Shown in pieces: positions 44,549 through 54,972 of a stretch of 64,000 nucleotides of DNA (the first letter of the stretch is position 1; the number at the start of each line of letters is the position of its first letter). The translations under genes were made by a program, and so were the position numbers. The stretch comes from a bacterium (GTDB lineage: Bacteria > Patescibacteriota > Minisyncoccia > Minisyncoccales > RBG-13-42-11). The notes beneath the pieces are model-generated. The model saw only the letters and a list, made by a program, of their open reading frames with translations, was not told where the DNA came from and searched no databases. Location of the stretch: NCBI GenBank assembly GCA_043817685.1, contig JBDRGQ010000004.1, forward strand, positions 10,842-74,841, written 5' to 3'.

Positions 44549-46712
44549 CGGCAAACCTAAGAGAAAATTAAGATTATTTAACTTTTTTACCTTACCAGAT
44601 GAAATAAAGAAATGGATATTGGGAGTTATAATTCTGGTTATAGCCATTATTGTGGCTTTAAGTTTTTTTGACTTAGCTGGAGTAGCAGGTAAGGCGATTA
44701 TGAAAAGCCTTACTTTTTTAATTGGTAATGGTGTTTTTATCCTTCCCTTAATCCTTGCCTTGGGAGGATTAGCTTTCTTTAATACCAAATACGATAAATT
44801 CATGAGTCCCTCTATTTTAGCTATGTTTTTATTAGTAGTAGGAATATCAGGAGCATTAGAGAGTTTTGATATGGGAGACAGGAATGGGGGGTGGTTAGGA
44901 TACGTTGTCACTTGGCCTGTTATTAAGTTTTTTGGCCAATTAGTAGGTGAAATAATATTTTCCGGAATAATATTGATAGGCGCTTTGATATTTTGGCATC
45001 TAATGAAACCAACTCCGAAATTACAGGAAAAGATAGATAAAATAGAATTGGAGAAAAAACCTTCTTTTATTAAACAGATTTTTGCACCTAGATTAAGGGT
45101 AAAAGAACTGGAACCTAAGCCCAGGGAAGAATCTCTGAAGCAAAAAATATCTTTAGATCTAATGTCAAAAGAAGTTCCAACTTCTAGAGTTTCTGTTGGA
45201 GAGTACAAAATTCCTCCTTTAGATTTATTAGAGGACGATAAGGGAGAGCCAACAGCTGGGGATACGATTACAAATTCCGCAATAATCAAAAAGACTTTAG
45301 GGAACTTTGGTTTGAGGGTGGAAATGTCGGGAATTGTCATAGGTCCTACTGTAACCCAATATAGTTTAAAGCCGGCAGAAGGGGTTAAACTTTCCAAAAT
45401 TACCAGTCTTTCCAATAATTTATCTTTAGCCTTGGCCAGTCATCCTATCAGAATAGAAGCTCCTATTCCTGGAAAATCTTTAGTCGGAATAGAAGTGCCC
45501 AACAAAGAAAGGTGCAGGGTTGGATTAAAAGAATTGATAGCTCATCCTGAATTCCAGAAGAATACTTCTAATCTGATAATTGCTTTGGGTAAAGATGTTT
45601 CAGGCACTAATTGTTATGCGGATTTAATAAAAATGCCGCATCTGTTGGTCGCTGGAGCTACGGGAACGGGGAAAACGATATTTTTGAATAGTTTAATTTT
45701 AGGTTTGCTTTATCAAAATTCCCCGGATATTATGAGAATTATTCTTATTGATCCTAAAAGAGTGGAATTTTCAGCCTACAAAGAACTGCCTCATCTTTTG
45801 TGCCCTGTTATCTATGATGCCCAGAAATCCATTAATGCTTTAAAGTGGTTGGTGTCTGAAATGGAAAGAAGGTTTGAGGTTTTAGCCAGTAACGGATCCA
45901 GGAATATGGCCAGTTATAATCAAAAAGCCGTGAAAGACGGAGAAGGCCCTTTGCCTTACATTATATTAATTATAGATGAATTAGCCGACTTAATGGCTGC
46001 AAAAGGAAGGGAAATGGAGGCTGGCATAGTGAGGTTGGCTCAGATGGCCAGAGCGGTCGGTATCCACCTTGTTCTAGCCACTCAGAGGCCTTCCGTAGAG
46101 GTAATAACCGGTCTTATTAAAGCTAATATTACTTCTAGAGTAACTTTCCAGGTGGCCTCTCAGGTTGATTCAAGAACTGTTTTAGACATGTCTGGAGCCG
46201 AGAAATTATTAGGGGCTGGAGATTTATTATTTATATCAGCTGATCAGGGAAAACCAAAGAGAATTCAGGGAGCTTATGCTACTGAAAAAGAAGTTAGGAA
46301 AGTTGTGGAGTTCGTTAAAAGTAATAACGGTCACTTAAGACCCGAAGAAGAAGAAAGAGCAAACATAGAAGAAATTACTGAGAATCATTTAGCTCAAGAT
46401 CTGCAAAGAACATTGGAAAGTGGGGGAGGTGCGGATTTTAATGGCGGGAATGAAAGGGACGATCCTTTGTACGAAGAAGCCAAGAGAACAGTTATAGAAT
46501 CCAAGAAAGCTTCAGCTTCTTTATTACAGAGAAGGTTAAGGATTGGCTATGCCAGGGCAGCCAGATTATTGGATATTTTGGAAGGAAAAGGAATTGTTGG
46601 CCCTGGAGAAGGAGCAAAACCCAGAGAAGTTTATACTTCCTCTAGTTTTAGTGATACCATTTCTAATGAGTCTGGAGAAAATAATGAAGATGACGAATGG
46701 AGAAAAGTTTAA
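44511..46712 (+). CDS. ftsK: DNA translocase FtsK/SpoIIIE
   Basis: 4 TM segments, PHLLVAGATGTGKT, IDELADLM, ATQRPS and gamma domain LQRRLRIGYARAARL. Confidence 0.96.
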   Translation: MKKKNSKKRALNSGKPKRKLRLFNFFTLPDEIKKWILGVIILVIAIIVALSFFDLAGVAGKAIMKSLTFLIGNGVFILPLILALGGLAFFNTKYDKFMSPSILAMFLLVVGISGALESFDMGDRNGGWLGYVVTWPVIKFFGQLVGEIIFSGIILIGALIFWHLMKPTPKLQEKIDKIELEKKPSFIKQIFAPRLRVKELEPKPREESLKQKISLDLMSKEVPTSRVSVGEYKIPPLDLLEDDKGEPTAGDTITNSAIIKKTLGNFGLRVEMSGIVIGPTVTQYSLKPAEGVKLSKITSLSNNLSLALASHPIRIEAPIPGKSLVGIEVPNKERCRVGLKELIAHPEFQKNTSNLIIALGKDVSGTNCYADLIKMPHLLVAGATGTGKTIFLNSLILGLLYQNSPDIMRIILIDPKRVEFSAYKELPHLLCPVIYDAQKSINALKWLVSEMERRFEVLASNGSRNMASYNQKAVKDGEGPLPYIILIIDELADLMAAKGREMEAGIVRLAQMARAVGIHLVLATQRPSVEVITGLIKANITSRVTFQVASQVDSRTVLDMSGAEKLLGAGDLLFISADQGKPKRIQGAYATEKEVRKVVEFVKSNNGHLRPEEEERANIEEITENHLAQDLQRTLESGGGADFNGGNERDDPLYEEAKRTVIESKKASASLLQRRLRIGYARAARLLDILEGKGIVGPGEGAKPREVYTSSSFSDTISNESGENNEDDEWRKV

Positions 46713-46734
46713 ATAATTTTGCTATAATTAACCC

Positions 46735-47727
46735 ATGGTAAAGAAAAAAGAAAAAACAGAAATAGAGAATTTACAAGAAGCTGTAGACGAAATAAAGCAG
46801 AGATTCGGAGAAGGGGCGATAATGAAATTAAAGGAAGTTACAGCCGTAGATGTAGACGCTATTTCTTCTGGGTCTCCTTCTTTGGACATAGCTTTAGGAG
46901 TTGGAGGTGTTCCTAGAGGAAGAATAATTGAGATATTCGGTCCTGAAAGTTCAGGTAAGACAACATTAGCTTTACATATATTGGCTGAAGCCCAAAAACA
47001 AAAAGGAGTCGGCGCTTTTATTGATGCAGAACACGCTTTAGACCCTGATTACGCAAAGAAAATAGGGGTGAATGTGGATGATTTATTGATATCCCAGCCA
47101 GATTCTGGAGAGCAGGCTCTACAGATAGTGGAAACTTTGGTTAGGTCAGGAGAAGTAGATGTGATAGTCATTGATTCAGTAGCAGCTTTAGTCCCTAGAG
47201 CTGAAATAGCTGGAGAAATGGGAGAATATCAAATAGGTCTACAAGCCAGGCTTATGAGTCAGGCCTTAAGAAAGCTTTCAGGTATTGTTTTAAAGACTAA
47301 GACGGTAGTTATATTCTTAAATCAACTCAGAATGAAAATAGGAATTATGTTTGGAAATCCCGAAACCACTTCTGGAGGAATGGCTTTGAAATTCTACGCT
47401 TCCGTCAGGATAGACCTCAGGAGAATAGCTCAGATAAAGAAAGGGGATGAAGTAACAGGCTCCAGAATTAAAGTTAAAATAGTTAAAAATAAAGTAGCCC
47501 CTCCGTTTAAAACTACTGAACTTGATATATTTTATAACGAAGGAATTTCTTATTTTACTGATATTTTAGGTATTGGGATAAAAGCGGGCATCGTTAAGAA
47601 ATCAGGATCCTGGTTACAGTTTGAAGATGTAAAGCTTGGACAAGGAATGGAAGGAGCAAAAGAATTCTTAAGAAGCAATCCTGACGTAGTAAAAAAAATA
47701 AGAGCTCAGCTATCGCTAAGCTCTTAA
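46735..47727 (+). CDS. recA: Recombinase RecA
   Basis: [17 protein letters not shown] and ALKFYASVR motifs. Confidence 0.98.
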   Translation: MVKKKEKTEIENLQEAVDEIKQRFGEGAIMKLKEVTAVDVDAISSGSPSLDIALGVGGVPRGRIIEIFGPESSGKTTLALHILAEAQKQKGVGAFIDAEHALDPDYAKKIGVNVDDLLISQPDSGEQALQIVETLVRSGEVDVIVIDSVAALVPRAEIAGEMGEYQIGLQARLMSQALRKLSGIVLKTKTVVIFLNQLRMKIGIMFGNPETTSGGMALKFYASVRIDLRRIAQIKKGDEVTGSRIKVKIVKNKVAPPFKTTELDIFYNEGISYFTDILGIGIKAGIVKKSGSWLQFEDVKLGQGMEGAKEFLRSNPDVVKKIRAQLSLSS

Positions 47728-47749
47728 ATTCAAATCTGGAATACAATAA

Positions 47750-47947
47750 TTATTTAGATACTGCGGAAAGTAAACCCAAATGTCTAGCTCTATTTATGGC
47801 TCGAGTTAGTCTTCTTTGATGACTGGAACAAATTCCGGTCTTTTTCTTTCCTTTAATCTTTCCCGAACTGGAAATAAACTTATTTAACAATTGAGTTTCT
47901 TTGAAATCTATTTCTTTTATGTTTCTTTGACAGAAAAAACAGTTCAT
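47750..47947 (-). CDS. rpsR: 30S ribosomal protein S18
   Basis: CFFC...IDFK...KFISSSGKI...TGIC..HQRRL..AI.RAR pattern. Confidence 0.95.
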   Translation of the reverse strand: MNCFFCQRNIKEIDFKETQLLNKFISSSGKIKGKKKTGICSSHQRRLTRAINRARHLGLLSAVSK

Positions 47948-47951
47948 ATGT

Positions 47952-48392
47952 TTAGAAGGGTATATCTTTTACATCTATTTCTTGATCTTCTTCTATAACA
48001 GGAATATCTTCTTGGGCAACATCCTCTTTTTGAGATGTATCATTTTGTTTGTTTGTAGCGGAAGCGGACCTAGGGCCTAGCTGTATATTTTGGGTTATAA
48101 TTTCAGTTCTGTATTTTGTATTTCCTGAGTTATCTTTCCAGCTTCTAGTTCTAATTCTTCCTTCTATTAAAACTAAAGACCCTTTGTTCATATATTGGGA
48201 AGCTATATCTGCTAGTCTTCCGAAAGCTACAATATTATGGAACTCAGTCTGTTGCTGTTTTTGCCCTGCTTTATCAGTATAAAAATTATCTGTGGCTAAT
48301 GAAAAAGAGGTTACTGATTGTCCAGAAGGCAATGCCTTAGATTCAGGATCTCTTGTAAGCCTACCTATTAAAATTGCTTTATTAAGATTCAT
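47952..48392 (-). CDS. ssb: Single-stranded DNA-binding protein
   Basis: NKAILIGRLTRDPE at the N-terminus and acidic DIPF tail. Confidence 0.97.
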   Translation of the reverse strand: MNLNKAILIGRLTRDPESKALPSGQSVTSFSLATDNFYTDKAGQKQQQTEFHNIVAFGRLADIASQYMNKGSLVLIEGRIRTRSWKDNSGNTKYRTEIITQNIQLGPRSASATNKQNDTSQKEDVAQEDIPVIEEDQEIDVKDIPF

Positions 48393-48801
48393 TGAGAATT
48401 TCGTCTAATTTTTTCTCTATTTCTTTTAATTCGACCTTTTTTTCTTGAATGGTTGGTTCTTTTGTTTCAACCAAAGGTTTTCCTCTAGCTAGATGAGGCC
48501 TTACTTTTAAGGTCTTTTGTTTTTCTTTTATAACAAGAATATATCTTAAAATTTCTTTTTCTTCCTTTAATTGTTTTTCCAAATCAGCTATTTTCCCAGG
48601 CAAAGCGTTGAATGTTGCAACGGCCATATAAGATTGTTCTTTCTTTTGAATAGGGTAGGCTAATTTCTTTCTTAAAATTACATTTCCTTCTTCTAAAATA
48701 CCCTGGTCTGCAATAAAAGAATTGACTTTTGTTTGAAAAGCCCTAGCTTCTTCCTCCGATAAATCCGGAGTTATTAGATATGTCAGTTCGTAATATTTCA
48801 T
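48382..48801 (-). CDS. rpsF: 30S ribosomal protein S6
   Basis: YELTYLI, KKLAYPI and ILRY motifs; rpsF-ssb-rpsR order. Confidence 0.93.
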   Translation of the reverse strand: MKYYELTYLITPDLSEEEARAFQTKVNSFIADQGILEEGNVILRKKLAYPIQKKEQSYMAVATFNALPGKIADLEKQLKEEKEILRYILVIKEKQKTLKVRPHLARGKPLVETKEPTIQEKKVELKEIEKKLDEILNES

Positions 48802-48808
48802 GACTTAA

Positions 48809-48878
48809 ATTATAGCAGGCAATCCTCCTTTGGTCAAGAAGAAAATTAACTGAGTAATCCATTAAAACATGATATAAT
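48809..48878. promoter_or_regulatory. Divergent promoters of rpsF (minus) and the phosphohexomutase gene (plus)
   Basis: Minus: TTGACC-17-TATAAT, 7 nt before the rpsF ATG. Plus: TGaTATAAT, 6 nt before ATG 48885. Confidence 0.7.
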
Positions 48879-48884
48879 ATTCGT

Positions 48885-50231
48885 ATGCAAACAAATCCTG
48901 TCATATTCAAAGCTTACGATATTAGAGGAGTTTTTCCTCAAGACTTTAATGAAGAATCAGCTTACCTTATTGGTAGGGCTTTTGTGGATTTTCTTAAGAA
49001 AAATAACCCTAAAATAGTGGTAGGAAAAGATAATCGTTCTTCTTCCCCTAGGATATTTAAGTCTTTAGTAAAGGGAATCGTAGAGGGAGGTGGAACGGTT
49101 TTTGATGTAGAAATGGTGACAACCCCGCTTTTTTATTTTTCTGTTGTTAGTCTTAAAGCAGACGGGGGAATAAATATTACGGCTTCCCATAATCCTCCGC
49201 AATACAATGGATTCAAAATAACTAGAGAGAAAGCCATACCAGTAAGCGAGGATACTGGATTGCAGGAAATTAAAAAAATCGCTTTATCAGGTGAATTTAA
49301 GAAAAAAGGAAAAGGAAAGATTGTAAAGAAAAATACAATAGAAGCTTATGTTAAATTCAATTGTAAGCCTTTTAAACTTAAGAAACAAAAATCTTTAAAG
49401 ATCATTATAGATACAGCAAATGCAGTATCTGGCATTTTAATCCCTAGATTCTTTGAAAAGACAAAGCATAAAATAACTCATTTGTACGCTAAATTAGATG
49501 GTTCTTTCCCTAATCACAATCCTGATCCATTGATAAAAGAAAATTTAAAAATGATTCGTAGAAAGGTCAAAGAAAAAAAAGCTAATTTAGGAATAGCTTT
49601 TGACGGAGACGGAGATAGAATGTTTTTTATAGACGAAAAAGGAGAAGTTGTTTCTGGGGATTTAATTACCGCTTTAATGACAGACTTAATTTTAAAGAAA
49701 AACCCAGGACAGAAAGTTATTTACGATATCAGATCTAGTAATGTGATAAAAGAAATAGCCAAAGAAAACAAGGGGAAAGCTTTAGGAGGAAGAATAGGTC
49801 ATTCTCTAATCAAAGAATCAATGAGGAAAAACAATGTTATTTTTGCAGGGGAATTATCAGGCCATTATTATTTTAAAGATCATTATTTTTGTGAGGCTCC
49901 CTTTGCTGTTTTGTTTAATGTTTTGGATGAATTATCTAAAAGAAACATAGCCCTTTCGGAATTAATAAAACCATATAAACGATATTACCATTCAGGCGAG
50001 ATTAATTTTGAAGTAAAAAATAAAAAAAGAGTCTTAAAAGCCCTGGAAGAAAAGTTTAAAAATAAAGGTAAAATCTTGAAAATAGACGGGTTAAGGATGG
50101 ATTTTAATGACTGGTGGTTTTTGGTGCGTCCTTCCAATACAGAACCTGTTATTAGACTTGTATTAGAGGCTAAAAATAAAAAAACTTTAGATCAAAAGAC
50201 CCATCTTCTTTCTAACATCCTGCATGGTTGA
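48885..50231 (+). CDS. Phosphomannomutase/phosphoglucomutase
   Basis: FKAYDIRG, TASHNP, FDGDGDR, GELSGH and RPSNTEP motifs. Confidence 0.93.
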   Translation: MQTNPVIFKAYDIRGVFPQDFNEESAYLIGRAFVDFLKKNNPKIVVGKDNRSSSPRIFKSLVKGIVEGGGTVFDVEMVTTPLFYFSVVSLKADGGINITASHNPPQYNGFKITREKAIPVSEDTGLQEIKKIALSGEFKKKGKGKIVKKNTIEAYVKFNCKPFKLKKQKSLKIIIDTANAVSGILIPRFFEKTKHKITHLYAKLDGSFPNHNPDPLIKENLKMIRRKVKEKKANLGIAFDGDGDRMFFIDEKGEVVSGDLITALMTDLILKKNPGQKVIYDIRSSNVIKEIAKENKGKALGGRIGHSLIKESMRKNNVIFAGELSGHYYFKDHYFCEAPFAVLFNVLDELSKRNIALSELIKPYKRYYHSGEINFEVKNKKRVLKALEEKFKNKGKILKIDGLRMDFNDWWFLVRPSNTEPVIRLVLEAKNKKTLDQKTHLLSNILHG

Positions 50232-51167
50232 TTGGGCAATGCTACTTGCTCTTTTAGCTCCTCTGTTTAAAATTTCTTGTACGTACACTTCTCTGGAGAG
50301 AAGTTCTTTTTTCTTTTTACGGAATGGTTCTAAATAATTTATGGTTAGCTCCGTTAAAGATTTTTTTAAATCAGCATATCCTTTTTTCTTAAACTTCTTT
50401 TCTAAATCCTTTATAGTTTTACCTGATAATAAAGAATATATGGTTAAGAGGTTGGAAACGCCAGCTTTTTTCTTTGGATCGTACTTTATTATTTTTCCCG
50501 TGTCAGTCACTGCTCTCATGAATTTCTTCTTTATTTCATCTGGTTCATCAAATAATCCTATGTAAGTATCTGGTCCGTCAGTCTTTGACATTTTTTTATT
50601 AGGATTTTGAAGATTCAGTATTTTAGCTCCGAATTTAGCCATTCTGGACTCAGGGATTTTAAAGGTTTGCCCGAACTTTTGATTGAATTTTCTGGCTATT
50701 GTTCTGGCCAATTCAACATGCTGTTTTTGGTCTTCTCCCACAGGAACTAAGTCTGTCTGATACAAAAGGATATCAGCCGCCATTAATATGGGGTAGTTTA
50801 ATAGTCCCGCATTCAAATCATTTTTAAATTTTTTCGCTTTTTCTTTATACTGAGTCATTCTTCCCAGATCTCCGACCGGGGTAACGGTATTTAAAAGCCA
50901 AGCTAATTCAGTGTGTTCTTTGACTTGGGATTGGACGAAAATAATAGATTTTTCTGGATTAATTCCGGCCGCCAGATAGGTTGCCGCCTTTTCTAGAATC
51001 ATTTCTTTGAGTTTTTTAGGATCGTAGGGAACTGTTAAAGAATGTAAATCAACAATACAGAAAATAGATTCTGCTTTATTTTGTAATTCTATCCATTGTT
51101 TTATAGCTCCCAAATAATTCCCTATATGTATTGGTCCTGTTGGTTGTATTCCTGAAAAAACCCTCAT
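50187..51167 (-). CDS. trpS: Tryptophan--tRNA ligase
   Basis: SGIQPTG, HIGN, VPVGEDQ and KMSK motifs. Confidence 0.97.
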   Translation of the reverse strand: MRVFSGIQPTGPIHIGNYLGAIKQWIELQNKAESIFCIVDLHSLTVPYDPKKLKEMILEKAATYLAAGINPEKSIIFVQSQVKEHTELAWLLNTVTPVGDLGRMTQYKEKAKKFKNDLNAGLLNYPILMAADILLYQTDLVPVGEDQKQHVELARTIARKFNQKFGQTFKIPESRMAKFGAKILNLQNPNKKMSKTDGPDTYIGLFDEPDEIKKKFMRAVTDTGKIIKYDPKKKAGVSNLLTIYSLLSGKTIKDLEKKFKKKGYADLKKSLTELTINYLEPFRKKKKELLSREVYVQEILNRGAKRASSIAQSTMQDVRKKMGLLI

Positions 51168-51169
51168 AT

Positions 51170-52858
51170 TTAGACTTCAATTATTACCGGAATAACTATA
51201 GGTCTTCTTTGTGTTTTATAAAATAGGAATTGTCCTACCTTGTTTCTTATTTCGTCTTTCATGTAAGTCCAATTCACAATTCCGTTTGATCCGGAAGCCT
51301 GGTTTATTATTCCTATTACTTTTTTCCTAGTTTCTTTTAAGAGATCTTTGGATTCTCTTAAATAAACGAATCCTCTAGATATTATATCAGGAGAGCCCTT
51401 AACCTTACCAGTCTGTCTGTCTATGACAGTTACAATAACAAACATTCCGTCTTTTGCCAGCATCTGTCTATCTCTTAATACAATCTCTCCGACGTCTCCT
51501 ATGCCCAGGCCATCCACCATGACATAGTTTGAAGGAACCTTTCCTTTTTCTATAGTGTATCCCTTTGGGGTAAGATTGATAATCTGCCCATTTTCACCTA
51601 TTATAACATTCTTTTCTGGAATGCCAGATTCTTTAGCCAGTTCTCCGTGGGCAACTAACATGGAATATTGTCCGTGGATAGGTAGGAAAAATTTAGGTTT
51701 CATCATATTTATCATTTCCTTTAATTCCTCTTCTTGTCCATGTCCTCCAGCATGGATATCCATCATCTTATAATGGAAGACTTTAACTCCTTGTCTTAAT
51801 ATTCCGTCTTTCAACATCTGAACAGTTCTTTCGTTCCCAGGAATAACGGAAGAAGAAAGGATGACATCATCTCCTCTTTTAAGATGTATGGCTTTGTGTT
51901 CTTTCATCGCCATTCTCATCAAGGCGGCTGATTCTTCTCCTTGAGCTCCCGTACAGATTATTGTAATTTTTGAGTCAGGATAATTGTTTATTTCTTTATT
52001 TTTAATCAGGGTCTCCTTTTTAACTTTTATGTGCCCCAGGGTTTTACAGATTTCTACGTTTGTTTTCATGGAATGCCCTTCTATTACTACTTTCCTCCCG
52101 TATTTTTCAGACAATGATATTATCTGTTGGATTCTGTTTATCAAAGAAGAAAAAGTAGCTGCAATAATTCTACCGGATGATTTTTTGAATATTTCTTCCA
52201 AGTTTTTTTCAATAGTTTTTTCGGATAAAGAATGGTTTTCTTGTTCAGCTCCCGTGGAGTCAGACATTAACAAAAGAATACCTCTTTTTCCTATCTCTTT
52301 CAGTTTTTCAAAGTTCGTCGGTCTATCATTTACCGGACTATCATCAAACTTAAAGTCGGAAGTATCTATTATATTTCCGACAGGAGTTTTAATTACCATC
52401 CCTAAATTATCCGGTATGTTATGGTTCTGTCTGAAGAATTCCACCTCAAAGGGACCAAGCTTTATTTTTGATCCATCTCTGACCTCGTTAACTCTTAAAG
52501 GAGGTTGTCCCGGAAAGTCTTCCTGTCTTTTTAGTATTATTCCTCTAGTTAAAGCAGATGCGAAAAATTCCAAATGGGGATGCCATATTTTAGGCAATAA
52601 ATAAGGGATAGCCCCTATGTGATCATAATGTCCGTGGGTGAAAACAACTCCTAAGATATTCTTATTTTTCCCTTTTAAATATCCGATGTTAGGTACGATG
52701 AAATCAATACCGGGCATGTCTTCTTCTGGCATTCTGAATCCTATGTCAATTATCAGGATTTTATCTTGATATTCCAAAAGCATCATGTTTCTTCCGACCT
52801 CTCCCAGCCCTCCGAGGGGAATGATTTTTAATTTATTTTGAGTATATTTTTTAGGCAT
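51170..52858 (-). CDS. rnj: Ribonuclease J
   Basis: PLGGLGEVGRNM, THGHYDHIGA, TGAQGE, HAGGH and PIHG motifs. Confidence 0.95.
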   Translation of the reverse strand: MPKKYTQNKLKIIPLGGLGEVGRNMMLLEYQDKILIIDIGFRMPEEDMPGIDFIVPNIGYLKGKNKNILGVVFTHGHYDHIGAIPYLLPKIWHPHLEFFASALTRGIILKRQEDFPGQPPLRVNEVRDGSKIKLGPFEVEFFRQNHNIPDNLGMVIKTPVGNIIDTSDFKFDDSPVNDRPTNFEKLKEIGKRGILLLMSDSTGAEQENHSLSEKTIEKNLEEIFKKSSGRIIAATFSSLINRIQQIISLSEKYGRKVVIEGHSMKTNVEICKTLGHIKVKKETLIKNKEINNYPDSKITIICTGAQGEESAALMRMAMKEHKAIHLKRGDDVILSSSVIPGNERTVQMLKDGILRQGVKVFHYKMMDIHAGGHGQEEELKEMINMMKPKFFLPIHGQYSMLVAHGELAKESGIPEKNVIIGENGQIINLTPKGYTIEKGKVPSNYVMVDGLGIGDVGEIVLRDRQMLAKDGMFVIVTVIDRQTGKVKGSPDIISRGFVYLRESKDLLKETRKKVIGIINQASGSNGIVNWTYMKDEIRNKVGQFLFYKTQRRPIVIPVIIEV

Positions 52859-52993
52859 ATTTTATTTAACTAAATTGATTATTTTGTTTTTTTTGAATGA
52901 ATTAAATTATTTTTTTTAGCTGTGATTTTAAATATTTTTTTCCCAATCTTCAACTTCAAAAAAGCGATTTTTAGTTTTTTCATATGTTTAAAG

Positions 52994-53075
52994 TGCGGAT
53001 GGTGGGATTCGAACCCACAAGCCTTGCGGCATACGATTCTGAATCGTACGCGTATTCCAGTTCCGCCACACCCGC
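52994..53075 (-). tRNA. tRNA-Leu(CAG)
   Basis: Reverse complement GCGGGTGTGGCGGAACTGGAATACGCG-TACGA-TT-CAG-AA-TCGTA-TGCCGCAAGGC-TTGTGGGTTCGAATCCCACCATCCGCA. Confidence 0.96.
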
Positions 53076-53083
53076 TTAATGGG

Positions 53084-53968
53084 TTAACAAAGTTTCTCTT
53101 TCTTTATAAATTTCCTTATTTCTTTCCCGTATTCTGGATGTTTTAAAGCGAGATATGTGTTTGTTTTAAGATAAGCTAATTTGTTTCCACATTCCATCCA
53201 TTTCCCCTCAAATTCGTATCCGTAAATTTCTTTCCCCTTTTCAGCCATATTGCTCAAAATTTCTGTTATAGAAATATCTGTTTTCAAATCAAACTTTATT
53301 CTACTTAGAATATCAAATATTTCAGGAGTTATTATGTATTTTCCAACTACAGCCAGATTGGAGGGAGCTTTTTTAACAGTGGGAGGTTTTTCTACGAACT
53401 TGTTTATTTTAAAAATACGGGGAGATATTTTTTTAACGTCTGCCATCCCGTAGTATTTAAAACTTTCTTTAGGGACCCTATAAAGAGCCACAACAGGTCT
53501 TTTATATTTTTCAAAAACTTTTATCAACTGCTTAGTGCAAGGAATCTTGGAATCAACTAAGTCGTCTGACCAAAGAACTGCGCAAGGTTCGTTTTTAATC
53601 CATTTTTTAGCCTGCAGTACAGCGTGAGCTGCTCCCAAAGGAGCTTTCTGGAATACCTGTCTGAAAGTTATTTCTTTAGCAAATCTTTCCATCTTAATAA
53701 TTTTTTTCAATAGATCATTTTTCCCTCTTTTTTTGAGAAATGTTTTTAATTTATCATCGGGCTTAAAATAATTTAAAACATCTTTTTTTTCTGGCCTGTT
53801 AACAAAAATAACTTCCTTTATCCCGGAATTTCTTATTTCCTCTAAGAGATATTGTAAAATAGGCAAGTCTACTAAAGGGAATAATTCTTTCGAAAGGGTT
53901 TTGCTGAAAGGCAAAAATCTTGTTCCAAGTCCCGCGATGGGCAAGATGGCTTTTCTGACTTTTTTCAT
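53084..53968 (-). CDS. galU: UTP--glucose-1-phosphate uridylyltransferase
   Basis: KAILPIAGLGTRFLP..K...KE, QxxPLGxAHA, VEKP and SNLAVVGKY motifs. Confidence 0.88.
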   Translation of the reverse strand: MKKVRKAILPIAGLGTRFLPFSKTLSKELFPLVDLPILQYLLEEIRNSGIKEVIFVNRPEKKDVLNYFKPDDKLKTFLKKRGKNDLLKKIIKMERFAKEITFRQVFQKAPLGAAHAVLQAKKWIKNEPCAVLWSDDLVDSKIPCTKQLIKVFEKYKRPVVALYRVPKESFKYYGMADVKKISPRIFKINKFVEKPPTVKKAPSNLAVVGKYIITPEIFDILSRIKFDLKTDISITEILSNMAEKGKEIYGYEFEGKWMECGNKLAYLKTNTYLALKHPEYGKEIRKFIKKEKLC

Positions 53969-54972
53969 TTATTTAGTTTCTTTTTTATTTCTTCTATTAT
54001 TTTTGTTTGGGTTGGATCTATTTTATAATCCAAGGCCAGATAGTAGGAGGCCCAAAGACCCAAGAGAGTAGTGCTGAATATTGTTTCTAGCACATCCTTA
54101 TTGCCAATGTCAATAATTTCTGTTTTAACTCCTTCTGTTTCGAAAATATTTTCCATTATCTTGGTTCTTTTTAATATCTTGGGATTCTCTTTTTTATCTC
54201 TCAAAATAATGGCTATTATGTCGTCTTTTATTTTTTTCTTTCCTATCTGCCAAAAACCTACTATTTCATTATGATTCATTTCTGGAATATGGTTTGAAAA
54301 AGCTAATGTTTTTGCGTTTTCATTAAAATTGTTCTTTAAAACAAGGCCGAGTCCTTTTAGTTTTTCCGGAGTATATATAAGAGGTATTCTTTTCCCTATT
54401 TTTCTAGCTAGCGCTTTTCCTTTAGATTCTAGATTTTTGGGGTTTAACGCTGTTTCCAGTTTCGTTATCTCGCTGACGAAACTGTCTGGCATTAGATAAT
54501 GGTTGGTTAAAATCTGCAATAGTGCGGCAAACTGCAACCCTAAAGCCAGTCTTGGCTGTATATGTAGAGCAGGTAATAAAACCAGAGGAATATTATTCTT
54601 TTTTGCAATCTTTGCCAGTTCTCCTCCTGTGGTTATGGCAATAGCTGGAAGTTTTCTTTTTAAGGCTTCCTTAAAAGCTGAAAGAGTTTCCTCCGTGTTG
54701 CCGGAATAAGATACACATATAATAATGCTCCCGCCTCCAGCCTGCGGAGGAAGACCGTAGGATTTATGTATAAAAAAGTTTAACGGTCTTAAATTAACTA
54801 AAATTTCTCCAGGCAAAGCAGATCCTCCCATTCCGCAGATTATTATATTATTTGGGGGAGAAACAAGCCTGTAGTGTTTTAAAGATACGTTGCTGGCCGC
54901 CTTCAAACCCTTTTTAAACTGGGAGGGGAAATCCATGATTATTTTTCTCATGTCAGATTTATCTATTTCCAT
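53965..54972 (-). CDS. Bifunctional phosphoglucose/phosphomannose isomerase (SIS-type PGI/PMI)
   Basis: CGMGGS, SYSGNTEET, QPR, NENAK and PEMNHNE motifs. Confidence 0.9.
   Translation of the reverse strand: MEIDKSDMRKIIMDFPSQFKKGLKAASNVSLKHYRLVSPPNNIIICGMGGSALPGEILVNLRPLNFFIHKSYGLPPQAGGGSIIICVSYSGNTEETLSAFKEALKRKLPAIAITTGGELAKIAKKNNIPLVLLPALHIQPRLALGLQFAALLQILTNHYLMPDSFVSEITKLETALNPKNLESKGKALARKIGKRIPLIYTPEKLKGLGLVLKNNFNENAKTLAFSNHIPEMNHNEIVGFWQIGKKKIKDDIIAIILRDKKENPKILKRTKIMENIFETEGVKTEIIDIGNKDVLETIFSTTLLGLWASYYLALDYKIDPTQTKIIEEIKKKLNK

Noticed and set aside
44483-45415. 310-aa minus-strand ORF
   Set aside because: Antisense shadow of ftsK with no recognisable motifs. The same applies to the many 60-200 aa ORFs opposite well-supported genes.
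52922-53146. 74-aa plus-strand ORF
   Set aside because: It is the antisense reading of tRNA-Leu(CAG) and the galU end.
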